Part shown: positions 16,648-26,283 of the stretch, piece after piece | Numbering within the stretch: position 1 is the stretch's first letter | How the letters are laid out: each line of letters opens with the position of its first letter | Assembly (NCBI GenBank): GCA_947175875.1 | Contig: CAMWON010000003.1 | Coordinates: forward strand, 72,746 to 136,745 | Direction of reading: 5' to 3' | DNA length: 64,000 nucleotides | DNA from: an uncultured Alphaproteobacteria bacterium | Lineage (GTDB): Bacteria > Pseudomonadota > Alphaproteobacteria > Rs-D84 | Notes under the pieces: generated by a model | What the model was told of the DNA's origin: nothing | Seen by the model: only the letters and a program-made list of their open reading frames with translations | Database searches by the model: none | Made by a program: the position numbers and the translations under genes

Positions 16648-18120
16648 AGATTGACAGCCGTTCAATTCCATCAGGATATTGAACGGTTTTCTTATTGAAT
16701 ATACTAACTTTTTATCTTTTAATTCGCAGTTCGAAAGTAGCAGGTTTATAATTTGGCGTTTTTGTTCTACTTTCGAACTCCGGAATAATTCCGCCGCGTG
16801 GGACGCCACAGCCAGCAAGGATTCCACCGTCGTTATAAATTCGTCATCTGCCTTGGAATGTGCTTCCAGATGCACGCCCACATCATACAGTTCTTTCTCT
16901 ATATCATTCTTTTTGTCGGCATATTCTTCCTGTGTAATGCTACCCGTCAGCAAGAAATCCAACAAGCGGCTTCTTTTGGACTTTAAAGCATCTTGCTTTT
17001 TACGAAGATTGTCTATCTCTGCCAACGCATAGGCATTTTCTGCCTGTGAGATATTGGTCAGGCATTTCGCTACCTCTTGCATAATATCACGCGGAAAGGA
17101 CAGCTTTTTTAATACCTCATCCTGAATCTGTTGAAATAAGACATCTTCATTTACCGCCAGTTGCGTGCAATTCCCCTTAAAATGTGAACAAGATAGGTAT
17201 GTATAGGTCTTTCCGCTGGGCTTTGTCTTGGTGTCGCTGGTAATCGCGCACCCGCAGTCGGCACATTTTATCAGGCCGCGAAACGCATACGGCTTTTCTG
17301 CATATTTAAATCTGGTGCGGTTCTTACCGTTCATTATCGCCTGACACTTATCATACAAAGACTTATCAATCAATGGTTGATAAATATGCGGATAAAGCGC
17401 GCCTTTGACGTTCATCATTCCGTAATAAAAAGGATTGTTTAATATATTGAAAATCGCGGCCTTTGTAATAGGTTTCCCGCTGATTTTGTTTGTCAGCCCC
17501 CATTCGGCAGCATTTTTAACCAGTTCACCAATCGTATACAAGCCAGAGGCATATTCTTCAAATAGCCTTTGTATTCCGGGGGCACGTTCCGGGTCAACAA
17601 TTATAATGGGCTTATTATTGTCATCCCGGCGGTTTAGATAACCCAGCGGAGCCTGACTTTGCCAGATGCCGTGTTTCGTGTTATAGTCAATGCTTCTTTT
17701 TACATTATCCCGAAGATTGCCAACATAGGTTTTGGCGGAAAATACGCCTAAATCCCACATTGCAATCTCATTTGAACTAGAATCGCGATGCAAACGCAGA
17801 TTTTCCCGGATAAAATGCAGTTCCGCCTTGTCCGCTTTGCGTAATTCATCTAATTCAACAGATTCCTTAAAACTGCGCTGGACGCGGTCGATACAATCCG
17901 CAACAATGGCGATTTTTTCCCGTTGTGCTTTGACAAAGTTCAGCATTTCAACGAACTTTTTACGGTCGCCACGCGTTGAGCTTTCGGTTATTTGAAAGGT
18001 TTCCAGCAGTGTCAGCCCATTGCGCTGGATATATTTATTCAAATTTTCCAGCTGTGCATCAATGGACATCCCATTTTCTTGTTCCCGCGACGATACACGC
18101 GCCAATATCACTGCCTTCAT
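16615..18120 (-). CDS. large serine recombinase (site-specific integrase)
   Basis: N-terminal resolvase catalytic domain MKAVILARVSSREQ. Recombinase domain plus Cys-rich zinc ribbon (CADCGC...CSHFKGNC) and a C-terminal coiled coil. The stop codon lies inside the 3' end of tRNA-Gln. Confidence 0.85.
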   Translation of the reverse strand: MKAVILARVSSREQENGMSIDAQLENLNKYIQRNGLTLLETFQITESSTRGDRKKFVEMLNFVKAQREKIAIVADCIDRVQRSFKESVELDELRKADKAELHFIRENLRLHRDSSSNEIAMWDLGVFSAKTYVGNLRDNVKRSIDYNTKHGIWQSQAPLGYLNRRDDNNKPIIIVDPERAPGIQRLFEEYASGLYTIGELVKNAAEWGLTNKISGKPITKAAIFNILNNPFYYGMMNVKGALYPHIYQPLIDKSLYDKCQAIMNGKNRTRFKYAEKPYAFRGLIKCADCGCAITSDTKTKPSGKTYTYLSCSHFKGNCTQLAVNEDVLFQQIQDEVLKKLSFPRDIMQEVAKCLTNISQAENAYALAEIDNLRKKQDALKSKRSRLLDFLLTGSITQEEYADKKNDIEKELYDVGVHLEAHSKADDEFITTVESLLAVASHAAELFRSSKVEQKRQIINLLLSNCELKDKKLVYSIRKPFNILMELNGCQSWLGQLDSNQH

Positions 18121-18253
18121 TACGTATTCTCTTGGTTTTACTTAGATTTATTATACCTTACGAAAGAAACAATACCAGAGTTTATTATCATAAAATGCCA
18201 AGGCTTGAAAAATGGTAATTTTTTCGTATATCATTAACAAAAAGGGACTGTAA

Positions 18254-21200
18254 ATGAAATTAATAACCTCCACAGATTTACAAAATTGGGCAAAAACGCG
18301 CGAGTCAGAGCAATATTTGCCACTTTTGCTTAGAAGGTTGATTATAAATAAAGTGGGCTTTGATAATATACAACATATTACAATACCGGGTGGTGATAGT
18401 ATATGGAAGCCCGGTGTTGATGGAAAGATTCTTACTCGTGTTGATAGCTTGTTGGGCGAAAAAGATAAAACGTACATGGTAGAGTGCGGTCAGTGTGTTG
18501 AAGATAAACAAAAATTTGAAAATGACTTGAAAAAACGAACAGCTCAACTAGGTGGTGTTAAACAAAAAAATTCTGCATTTGTCTTTATAACTACAAATAA
18601 AATCAAAGATTTAAATAGTACGTTAAATGCAACGAAAGAAAAAGTAGAAGGTAGTGATTTATGGGCTGATATCAAATTATATGATGCAGATGACATAGAA
18701 ACTTGGCTTGACAATGATTTTGCAACGTTTGCATGGCTGGCAGATATTATGGGCAAACAGTCTAATGGCTTAAAAGATTTTGATGGTTTTTGGAAAACTT
18801 GGAAAGCTTCTACTGAAATTCCAATTGACGAAGATATAATCTTAGCGCGCGCGAACACTTATCAAAACGAGGTATATAAATTTTTAAAGAAGGCTTCCGG
18901 AGTTTTTCATATAAAATCATTCAGTCGGAAAGAATCTTTATTGTTTTTTATGGCTTCTATATTAAAAGCACATTTTCCAGAGGATGAGATAGATGCAATA
19001 AAATCCAAAATTGTTATAGTTCAGGATGCTGATGTTTGGAATCGTGTGGTTGAGGATGGTGAAGCAAGCAAGTTTATATTTATTCCATTTTTCGGAATAC
19101 CAGAAAATTTGGGCTTTTTAGTGGACAAAGGTTTGCAGATTTTTATACCAATGGGCGAAAATGATGGAAAAGGAACAGAGTCTAATACTGTCCATATAGA
19201 ACCTTTTAATAATGAGATTTTATACAGTGTGCTAGAGAAGAAGTTAAGTTCATATGAAAAAACCAACCAAATTATTAACAAACTGGGGCATAATGGCACA
19301 TTGCTGCATTTACAAAGAATTATGGAACGCAAAGATGTTTCTAGGCCTGCGCCTCAATGGGTAAGTAAAGAAAATTCGGAGATTTTATTGCTAGCTTCAT
19401 TCGTTGGTGGTTGGTCAGACCAAAATACTAAGGACAAAGAAGCGATAGCCAGTATTTTTGGAATGAATTATTCAGAAATAGTAAAGAAGCTATCTTTTTT
19501 TATCAAAACGGAGGAAGCACCCATACGAAAAATAGGCGATATTTGGGAAGTTGGTTCGCCAGATATTATAATTGATTATTTAGGAGGGCATTTGACCGAA
19601 GATACTCTCAAGAGATATCTAAACGAAACTAAGAAGATTTTATCTGAAATAGATTTGCGCTATAATGAACGTGGTACGAGAAATCTTCTAGCTTCTTATG
19701 ATTTTAGCAGTGGAAAACATACATATTATTCAAAAAACTTAATTTGTGGAATTGGAAATGGGTATGCGGCAATTGCCAACAAAGAGAATAAATTTGTAAA
19801 TTTAAACAGTGTTGAATTCAGAATCCAACAAAATGTACAAAAACTCTTAGAAGATAAAAATTGGAAGAAGTGGGCTACTTTAAATCCTATAATGCCTCTA
19901 TTTGCTGAAGCAGCAAAAGAGAAATATTTGGAATTGCTTGAAAATGTTGTTGCAAATACCCCCTCTTTAATAATTGACCTTTATGAGAAAGGCGAGGATA
20001 TGGGGTTTATGGGAGAGTGTCTGTATTCTGGTATTTTATGGGGGCTTGAGAATCTTGCCTGGTTTGAACCATTTTTTATGAGGGTTATTAATATATTGGT
20101 AAAGATGGAAAAAATTAGAAGAGAAAATTTACGATACGGAAATTCTCCAATAGATACTTTAAATCGCATTTTCTGTACGTGGCTTCCAAATACTTTGGTT
20201 GATTTAAATAAACGGCAATTATGCATATCAAATATATTGAGAACAAATAAAAACTCGGATGTTTTATTTAATTTGTTATATAATTTACTGCCAACAGAAC
20301 ACATGACGTGTCAGCCTACCCATAGGCCACATTTTATTGAATTGCACGCCCCAGAACGCGTTTCTCGTCTAGCTATAGGTAAGTTTAATAATTTTATATA
20401 TACAGAAATTATTAATATGATAGGATGCGATAAAGATAAATGGGATAAGGTAATTCGTTATATAACATATATGAATCCAGAAAGATTCGATATGTTTATA
20501 AATACATTAAAATCTATTGATTGGTTGAATGCAGATGCCGAATTAAAAAACTCTGTATATCAGAATTTAGAACATTGGGTTGATTCTGCTCATCGCTGGA
20601 GTGATGAAAACGCACAGAATTGGGGCGCAGCTGAAAAAATAGCCAGAATAAATGATATATTGACGGAACTCATGCCAACTAATCCTATAGATAAGAATAT
20701 ACGTATCTTTTCTAAGTTTTCGGTTTGGAATTATAGAGAGTACTCGGGAAGCCCCAGTCCCAGATTGCAACAAGCCATTCAAGAAATAATTAGTTCTAGC
20801 GGTCTGCAGGGATTGATTGACTTTGCCAAGCAGATTGACGCTGTTGACGTTCTTGGAGAAGAGTTAGCATTATCTAATATATCGATGGCTGATGTTGTAT
20901 GGCTTTTAAATTCTTCCGATAGAAAAGACCCAAAAGTACAAAGATTTTTATCCGTATTGTTTGCGGTTATCATAAATATTAGAGGGCTGAGTTTAGTCGG
21001 TAAGATTTTTAGTGATGATTGGGAAATTGAATATAAGCAGGCTTTGATATGTACTGTAAAAGGTAATGAAGCATATTGGGAATGGGTGGAGAAAAAAGGA
21101 TTTTCTGAATTGTACTGGAAAAACACAGGTGCAATTTGGCCAAATACTGATAAAGAATATGATATTGCAATTAACAAGTTAAAGGAATTTAGGAAGTTTC

Positions 21201-22033
21201 CTGAATTAGCAACTTTACTTGCCATGCAAAATCGTAGACAAAGCGGGGTTAGAACCGAAGATATTGTAGATTTGCTGTTTGGTATAGCAGAGTCTTCAAA
21301 AGAACAACTTAATAATATGGACTGGTATCATATACAGGACTTATTTAAAATTTTACATAAACGTTCCGACATAGATGAAAAAATTATGTTTAATTTAGAA
21401 ATTAATTATTTTGAATTATTTGATGGTTCAAATGAATTAGAGCCGGTATATATCTATAAGCAACTAAAGGCAAATCCAGAGCTGTTCATAGAGGTAATTT
21501 CTTTAATGTTTGCTAAAAAGGAAGAATCTAAAGAAAAAAGTGAAGAAGAACAAAACAGGTTAAAAAATGCTATAAAAATAGCTCAGAAAATGTATTTTAA
21601 ATTAGAAAAAGATTATATATTTAATGATAAATCCGAACTACACAACTGGGTAAAACGTGCTATGGAGTTGTTAGATAAATTAGAGGAAAAGGAATTAAGT
21701 AGCACAGGAATGAGACAAATTGGTGCTATGTTGGCTAATTGTCCGACTGACCCTAATGACGACATTTGGCCTATTGGCTATGTCAGGGAGCTGCTAGAAG
21801 AAGCGTGTAATCGGGATATAATAGAGGGTATAGTTAGGGGAAAATATAATTCCTGTGGGTTCCATTCTGTTGACCGTACGAATCCGGGGGGGTATTGGGA
21901 AGAGAAGGCTATCAAATTTAGAGCAGATGCTGCTTCTATAAGATTTCAATATCCCAAAACAGCAGAAATATTGGATTGTTTGGCCAAAGATTTTGAAATA
22001 AATGCTAAACGAGCCATAACGGATATTATGTAA
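18254..22033 (+). CDS. very large hypothetical protein (1259 aa), AT-rich, mostly alpha-helical
   Basis: Uninterrupted 3.8-kb ORF. It has no P-loop, no HExxH and no obvious nuclease motif. A distinct ~150-aa N-terminal domain is followed by a long helical region. Confidence 0.7.
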   Translation: MKLITSTDLQNWAKTRESEQYLPLLLRRLIINKVGFDNIQHITIPGGDSIWKPGVDGKILTRVDSLLGEKDKTYMVECGQCVEDKQKFENDLKKRTAQLGGVKQKNSAFVFITTNKIKDLNSTLNATKEKVEGSDLWADIKLYDADDIETWLDNDFATFAWLADIMGKQSNGLKDFDGFWKTWKASTEIPIDEDIILARANTYQNEVYKFLKKASGVFHIKSFSRKESLLFFMASILKAHFPEDEIDAIKSKIVIVQDADVWNRVVEDGEASKFIFIPFFGIPENLGFLVDKGLQIFIPMGENDGKGTESNTVHIEPFNNEILYSVLEKKLSSYEKTNQIINKLGHNGTLLHLQRIMERKDVSRPAPQWVSKENSEILLLASFVGGWSDQNTKDKEAIASIFGMNYSEIVKKLSFFIKTEEAPIRKIGDIWEVGSPDIIIDYLGGHLTEDTLKRYLNETKKILSEIDLRYNERGTRNLLASYDFSSGKHTYYSKNLICGIGNGYAAIANKENKFVNLNSVEFRIQQNVQKLLEDKNWKKWATLNPIMPLFAEAAKEKYLELLENVVANTPSLIIDLYEKGEDMGFMGECLYSGILWGLENLAWFEPFFMRVINILVKMEKIRRENLRYGNSPIDTLNRIFCTWLPNTLVDLNKRQLCISNILRTNKNSDVLFNLLYNLLPTEHMTCQPTHRPHFIELHAPERVSRLAIGKFNNFIYTEIINMIGCDKDKWDKVIRYITYMNPERFDMFINTLKSIDWLNADAELKNSVYQNLEHWVDSAHRWSDENAQNWGAAEKIARINDILTELMPTNPIDKNIRIFSKFSVWNYREYSGSPSPRLQQAIQEIISSSGLQGLIDFAKQIDAVDVLGEELALSNISMADVVWLLNSSDRKDPKVQRFLSVLFAVIINIRGLSLVGKIFSDDWEIEYKQALICTVKGNEAYWEWVEKKGFSELYWKNTGAIWPNTDKEYDIAINKLKEFRKFPELATLLAMQNRRQSGVRTEDIVDLLFGIAESSKEQLNNMDWYHIQDLFKILHKRSDIDEKIMFNLEINYFELFDGSNELEPVYIYKQLKANPELFIEVISLMFAKKEESKEKSEEEQNRLKNAIKIAQKMYFKLEKDYIFNDKSELHNWVKRAMELLDKLEEKELSSTGMRQIGAMLANCPTDPNDDIWPIGYVRELLEEACNRDIIEGIVRGKYNSCGFHSVDRTNPGGYWEEKAIKFRADAASIRFQYPKTAEILDCLAKDFEINAKRAITDIM

Positions 22034-22094
22034 TTGTGATTTGTATTGCACATGCAATAAATGACAAAGTGGGGATTTTCCCCACTTTTTGTCT

Positions 22095-22307
22095 TTAATC
22101 TTCATCATCGGCCACATAATTGCCATATCCATAGCGTTCAAGGCCTTCTTCCTTGTAAAGTCTGCGTTTTAATATTGATACCATAATCACAAACAGGAAT
22201 ATGCAGGATAACACAGTCGCGATAAAAGCTATTATCCCCATCGTCTGCACAACTTCTGCTTGATGTTGCATCTTTTCCATTGCGCTTTGTAATAAATATT
22301 CGTTCAT
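22095..22307 (-). CDS. small membrane protein (70 aa)
   Basis: Single strong TM helix IIAFIATVLSCIFLFVIMVSIL. Lies within the island. Confidence 0.4.
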   Translation of the reverse strand: MNEYLLQSAMEKMQHQAEVVQTMGIIAFIATVLSCIFLFVIMVSILKRRLYKEEGLERYGYGNYVADDED

Positions 22308-22331
22308 TTGTTCTCTCCTTTTGATTAAAAA

Positions 22332-22748
22332 CTACATCGCGTCATATATTCCGGCAAGGCCGACATCTGGGATAACAGAATCAACCCTGATGCCACCCGT
22401 ACCAACGTATAGCTCCATAAATTTCCGCCTGCCTTTGGAAATAATTATTTCTGAGCCACCCCTTTGCCACGTTCCTCCGGTTGAGATAACATATTCACCT
22501 GGTTCTAGATTGGTGCAAAAATAAGAACTATTTGGCAGCCTGCCAATATATTCATTATTTGCGTATATGTCATAGGACATTGCCGCACCAACAAAATTTG
22601 AAGCCCGGAACATGCATAACTGGCCGCCACGTGGGTCAATAAAAGGCAATCTGCGTTCAATAACATCGGCCATTTCTGGGGTTAATTGTGATACAGTACC
22701 ACAACCAACCAGTGAAACAGACAAAATAACAAGCAAAATTTTCGTCAT
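22332..22748 (-). CDS. lipoprotein
   Basis: Lipobox LVGC after MTKILLVILSVS. Confidence 0.55.
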   Translation of the reverse strand: MTKILLVILSVSLVGCGTVSQLTPEMADVIERRLPFIDPRGGQLCMFRASNFVGAAMSYDIYANNEYIGRLPNSSYFCTNLEPGEYVISTGGTWQRGGSEIIISKGRRKFMELYVGTGGIRVDSVIPDVGLAGIYDAM

Positions 22749-22763
22749 GAATATACCCCTTGG

Positions 22764-23504
22764 TTAAAACGTGTATTTAATACCGGCCATAAATTGGAAG
22801 TTATGCATTAAAAAGGTATTATCTTTTAATTCTGTATGACCTATGTAGGGAATATCTATGTTATATTTTATAGTAGTCAGCAAAAGACGATATCTCGCTT
22901 CCGGTGTAAAAGAAATATTATCAGACACTTTTATGTCAAGTCCGATACCAATATTTGCGGCAAAGGCGATATCACCGGATTCCATATTGAGATAATCGTA
23001 TTCATCCGAGTCTGAAAACGACATGCTGGCCGCCCCAAGCCCAAGAATTAGGTCAAAATTGACACTATCGCCCATTTTAAAATACGGTATAAAGTTTATG
23101 ACATAGCTCGTATATCCGACATCTGCATGCAGTTTTGAATCCCAGTCATCATCAAATTTGACCTTTGAAGAAGATATATGTGCAACCTCAAACTCTATCC
23201 GCAAAGACGGGTCATAATTCAAATCAACACCGACGGAGCCAGAAAATATGGGGCTACCTTTAGAAAAAGTAAAACCTGCATCACTATCTTCATCTGTATA
23301 TAGCCACCCGTACATTAAATTGTATCCGCCTTTTGCATTAATGTAAAACCTTGTAGGCTTTTTAGCTTTGGTCGGTATGCGCGCCTGTGCGTATGTAGGT
23401 GTCCTATTCGCTTGATAATAATGGCCGCCCCCAGCAGTCGGCAGAACGGCAGCATTTCCTGAATAGGTTCCAAGAATCATTATGGGAATTATTGCTTTTT
23501 TCAT
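22764..23504 (-). CDS. outer-membrane beta-barrel protein (OmpA/Opa-like)
   Basis: The start MKKAIIPIMILGTYSGNAA is a signal peptide with an AGGTGG RBS. Alternating beta-strand pattern with the C-terminal strand AGIKYTF. Confidence 0.6.
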   Translation of the reverse strand: MKKAIIPIMILGTYSGNAAVLPTAGGGHYYQANRTPTYAQARIPTKAKKPTRFYINAKGGYNLMYGWLYTDEDSDAGFTFSKGSPIFSGSVGVDLNYDPSLRIEFEVAHISSSKVKFDDDWDSKLHADVGYTSYVINFIPYFKMGDSVNFDLILGLGAASMSFSDSDEYDYLNMESGDIAFAANIGIGLDIKVSDNISFTPEARYRLLLTTIKYNIDIPYIGHTELKDNTFLMHNFQFMAGIKYTF

Positions 23505-23924
23505 ATAAACCACCTTTCTTATGCAAAAGATGGCGCGGGGAGTTAAAGAAATCACGATAGAATGACCCCGTTGGCCTTTGGGCGATGCCCTGTTGTATAG
23601 CCAACGGCTCCCCGCAGAAGCAGGGATATGTTTTTGTGGTGCATATCCGGCACCATCTATCGCGAGGTTCTTTACGCCTCGGCATCTCTTTTGCGATGCA
23701 CCTTTATATTAACACCAATGGGCAGAAAATCCAACCGAATATTTACCAAGGTGGCTGTTCAACAATCTTTCCTACGTATTCAATTGTTTTTATATCGCCA
23801 TTGCGCATTTTATCAATCAGAGCAGCAGCAATTGCCTCTGTTTGGTTTTTGGGGTTAAAAGCATAAAAAGTTGTATTGTCCATGTTTAACAATTTAATCA
23901 ATATTTCTTGCATATTATGTCCTT

Positions 23925-24623
23925 TTAGTCTGAAAACATTATTTCCGCGGTTTCACGAGATTGCGCCTTGGGGTTAAAGCCGTATTTGTTGCCAGGACCG
24001 GCTTTTTCGTGTTTAATTTCAAGCGCAGTTTCTGCAATTTTGATTTTTTCGGTTATCCCAAGCCATTTCATACATTTTTGTTCTATACGTTTTTCGCGCT
24101 TCTGGTGATGAACCAAGTCGCACTGCAGGCTGGTAAGCCGTTCCTGCCAGTGCTTTAACTTGTTTTTAGCACTCTGTAATGCCCGTTGTCGGTTTGTTGA
24201 CTCTAGGTCAATTATCTGTTGCCCCATTTTTACAATCATTTGTTTACAATCCGCTATCTGGCGTTCGTATAGACTTTCTGTGCGGTATATCCTTTGGATT
24301 TTAGCCCTGTAATGCTCCAGCAGTTCTTCCGCGCTTTTATGAACCATAATACCGGTTGCACACATACGCATATCGTCTGCTTCATCATTTTGCCAACCTT
24401 GGCGCGATTTGCAGTTTGTGGTCGCAATCAAAGCTAAATTTTGTTCATAGGGCTTCAGCGAGTCGTTTACAAAGAATCTCCCTTGTTCTTGGGTATATTC
24501 GCGACGTTTAGCGCGCTCGTTTTCTAGATTCTGCTTCAGCACACTTGGTGCGAAGCTGTGGTTAGGCATTATGGCCATAATGGTTGAATATTCTGCCCAA
24601 AGTTCATAATCCTGCTGTTTCAT
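23925..24623 (-). CDS. hypothetical coiled-coil protein
   Basis: The internal start MKQQDYELWAEY is used. Charged heptad-rich sequence with no enzymatic motif. Confidence 0.45.
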   Translation of the reverse strand: MKQQDYELWAEYSTIMAIMPNHSFAPSVLKQNLENERAKRREYTQEQGRFFVNDSLKPYEQNLALIATTNCKSRQGWQNDEADDMRMCATGIMVHKSAEELLEHYRAKIQRIYRTESLYERQIADCKQMIVKMGQQIIDLESTNRQRALQSAKNKLKHWQERLTSLQCDLVHHQKREKRIEQKCMKWLGITEKIKIAETALEIKHEKAGPGNKYGFNPKAQSRETAEIMFSD

Positions 24624-24782
24624 CGTTGCTATCTCCGGAAACTCTTCCCGCGTGGGGGCGGGGGTTGATGTTGAAAAATTTATTAAAATTGCTCCCGCGG
24701 GTTGGATATTATAAATATATGTTTGACAAGGTCGCAAAAGCGGCTTCAGTCGGTTGTGTTTGTAATGCGTTGTTTAAAACAG

Positions 24783-25034
24783 CTAGGTTATTTGCCGGAC
24801 TTTGTTTAATTTATCATAAATCGCCTGTTCTATAGCATGGCATGTTTGGCGGTTTATCGGATAAAATACGTCAAAACCGTCCTTTTTTGGAAATGTCAAT
24901 CTATAGCCACCGCTTAATCTGGTATAAACACCGATTGAGCCAAGATATAGTGAATTATTCAATACAATGCTTGCAAAGCCGATTAGACCATCATTTGGAC
25001 GCACAAACTGAATCTTTACTTCTGAAATTGTCAT
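24783..25034 (-). CDS. spoVG: SpoVG family protein
   Basis: Aligns with B. subtilis SpoVG along its length: MTISEVKIQFVRPNDGLIGFASIVLNN...FPKKDG...YPIN matches the conserved ...RVNTDGRMRAIASITLD...HPIN pattern. Confidence 0.7.
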   Translation of the reverse strand: MTISEVKIQFVRPNDGLIGFASIVLNNSLYLGSIGVYTRLSGGYRLTFPKKDGFDVFYPINRQTCHAIEQAIYDKLNKVRQIT

Positions 25035-25230
25035 TCATTACTCCCTTTTGTTGTTTGTGAACATCGCTTAAAATCTTTAAAAAAGAAACGAGCCGCACCC
25101 CCGCTTCCGATGCCTCGGCATCGGAAATCGGCTCTGAGTACAGCCCTTTAATCTTTAAAGATAACAGCGTTTGTTCTTCCATAAACAGAACATAACGCAG
25201 GAATTTATAATTTTATGTAGTTCGCTAGCA

Positions 25231-26019
25231 TCAATTTTTTATTACAAGCGTTGTATCATTTGCAAGCCAACGATATATCGTCTCGCGCTCACCGTCTTTT
25301 TTTAACGGCGGGTTCCAGTTGGAGGGTTCATAATATTCCAGCAAAATAATATCAGCTAACTGACGTTTGCTGCGTACTTGTTGTTTGCTGCAAATTTCAT
25401 GCGCTTTGTCTAAAACCCATTTTTGTATAGTTGCTCTCTTTTTTGCGGTGCTGTGTCCGCTTTGGGCACGTTCCTGTCTGATGATTTGTACCAAACATGA
25501 TTCAAAGTCTACATACGTGTCATTCCAAGCGTTTTTTATTTGGTTTATGTGTTCGGCTCTTTGATTCCGAGTGGCATCGGGGTTGTTATTCAACCAAGTC
25601 AGAAAGGCAGAGCATTTATTTAGCATATCATAAAGTGCCCCGGCCGCGCCGATAGTCCACCATTCGCGATAGGTTAATCTTCTAATAGTGGCTCTTTTTC
25701 TTCCTTCTGGCTTGTCTTTAAATATTAAAGAGCCATCAGGATTGTTTTTCATTTTACGAATATCAAACTTTTTGTCCCGGTTTTGGTTTAAATGTTCAGC
25801 CAACACATCTGGTTTAGAGCTGCGTATTTTTACAAGTTTTTTATATCGTTCAACCGCGAGGTTGGTAAGGGGGAATATTCTGTCGTCAAATACGGAATAA
25901 TTCTCCAAAACAGAATTTCCCGTTTTGGGCAGTGGCTGATAGTTATTCAGCAATTCCAAAGCCTTTTTTGTGGCATTTAGCCGCAACTCTACAAAAATAC
26001 GTTTTTTCTTTTTTGTCAT
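25231..26019 (-). CDS. hypothetical protein (262 aa), basic
   Basis: ORF with good coding character and no recognisable motif. Confidence 0.45.
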   Translation of the reverse strand: MTKKKKRIFVELRLNATKKALELLNNYQPLPKTGNSVLENYSVFDDRIFPLTNLAVERYKKLVKIRSSKPDVLAEHLNQNRDKKFDIRKMKNNPDGSLIFKDKPEGRKRATIRRLTYREWWTIGAAGALYDMLNKCSAFLTWLNNNPDATRNQRAEHINQIKNAWNDTYVDFESCLVQIIRQERAQSGHSTAKKRATIQKWVLDKAHEICSKQQVRSKRQLADIILLEYYEPSNWNPPLKKDGERETIYRWLANDTTLVIKN

Positions 26020-26229
26020 TTCATTACGCCTTATTTTTAGCTTATATTCTTATGCTATGGCAGTTTTGGGGCAAATACAAGCTTTCTGGTATATTGCCTA
26101 TATTTTTTATTATCGTGGCTAAACTTAGAATGTCTTTGTAATACGTAGTTCGAAATTCGTTTGCTATCGTCAACCAGAATTCAAACGCCCCTTGTGGGCG
26201 TTTTTATTTGTGTATTCAAAAAAGACGCG

Positions 26230-26258
26230 TTGACAAAAAATATTTTTAGGTATAGCAT
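26230..26258 (+). promoter_or_regulatory. candidate sigma70 promoter
   Basis: TTGACA, a 17-nt spacer, then TAGCAT, upstream of the AAGGA RBS and the ATG at 26284. Confidence 0.3.
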
Positions 26259-26283
26259 GGGGCTGTTTAAAAGGATAATATTT

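Larger units (their letters stand above)
16574..26100. mobile_element. putative integrated genomic island at tRNA-Gln (right boundary approximate)
   Basis: tRNA followed by an overlapping integrase gene, then an AT-rich block (18.2-22.3 kb, visibly lower GC than the flanks) of orphan genes. No att direct repeat could be identified by eye. Confidence 0.4.
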
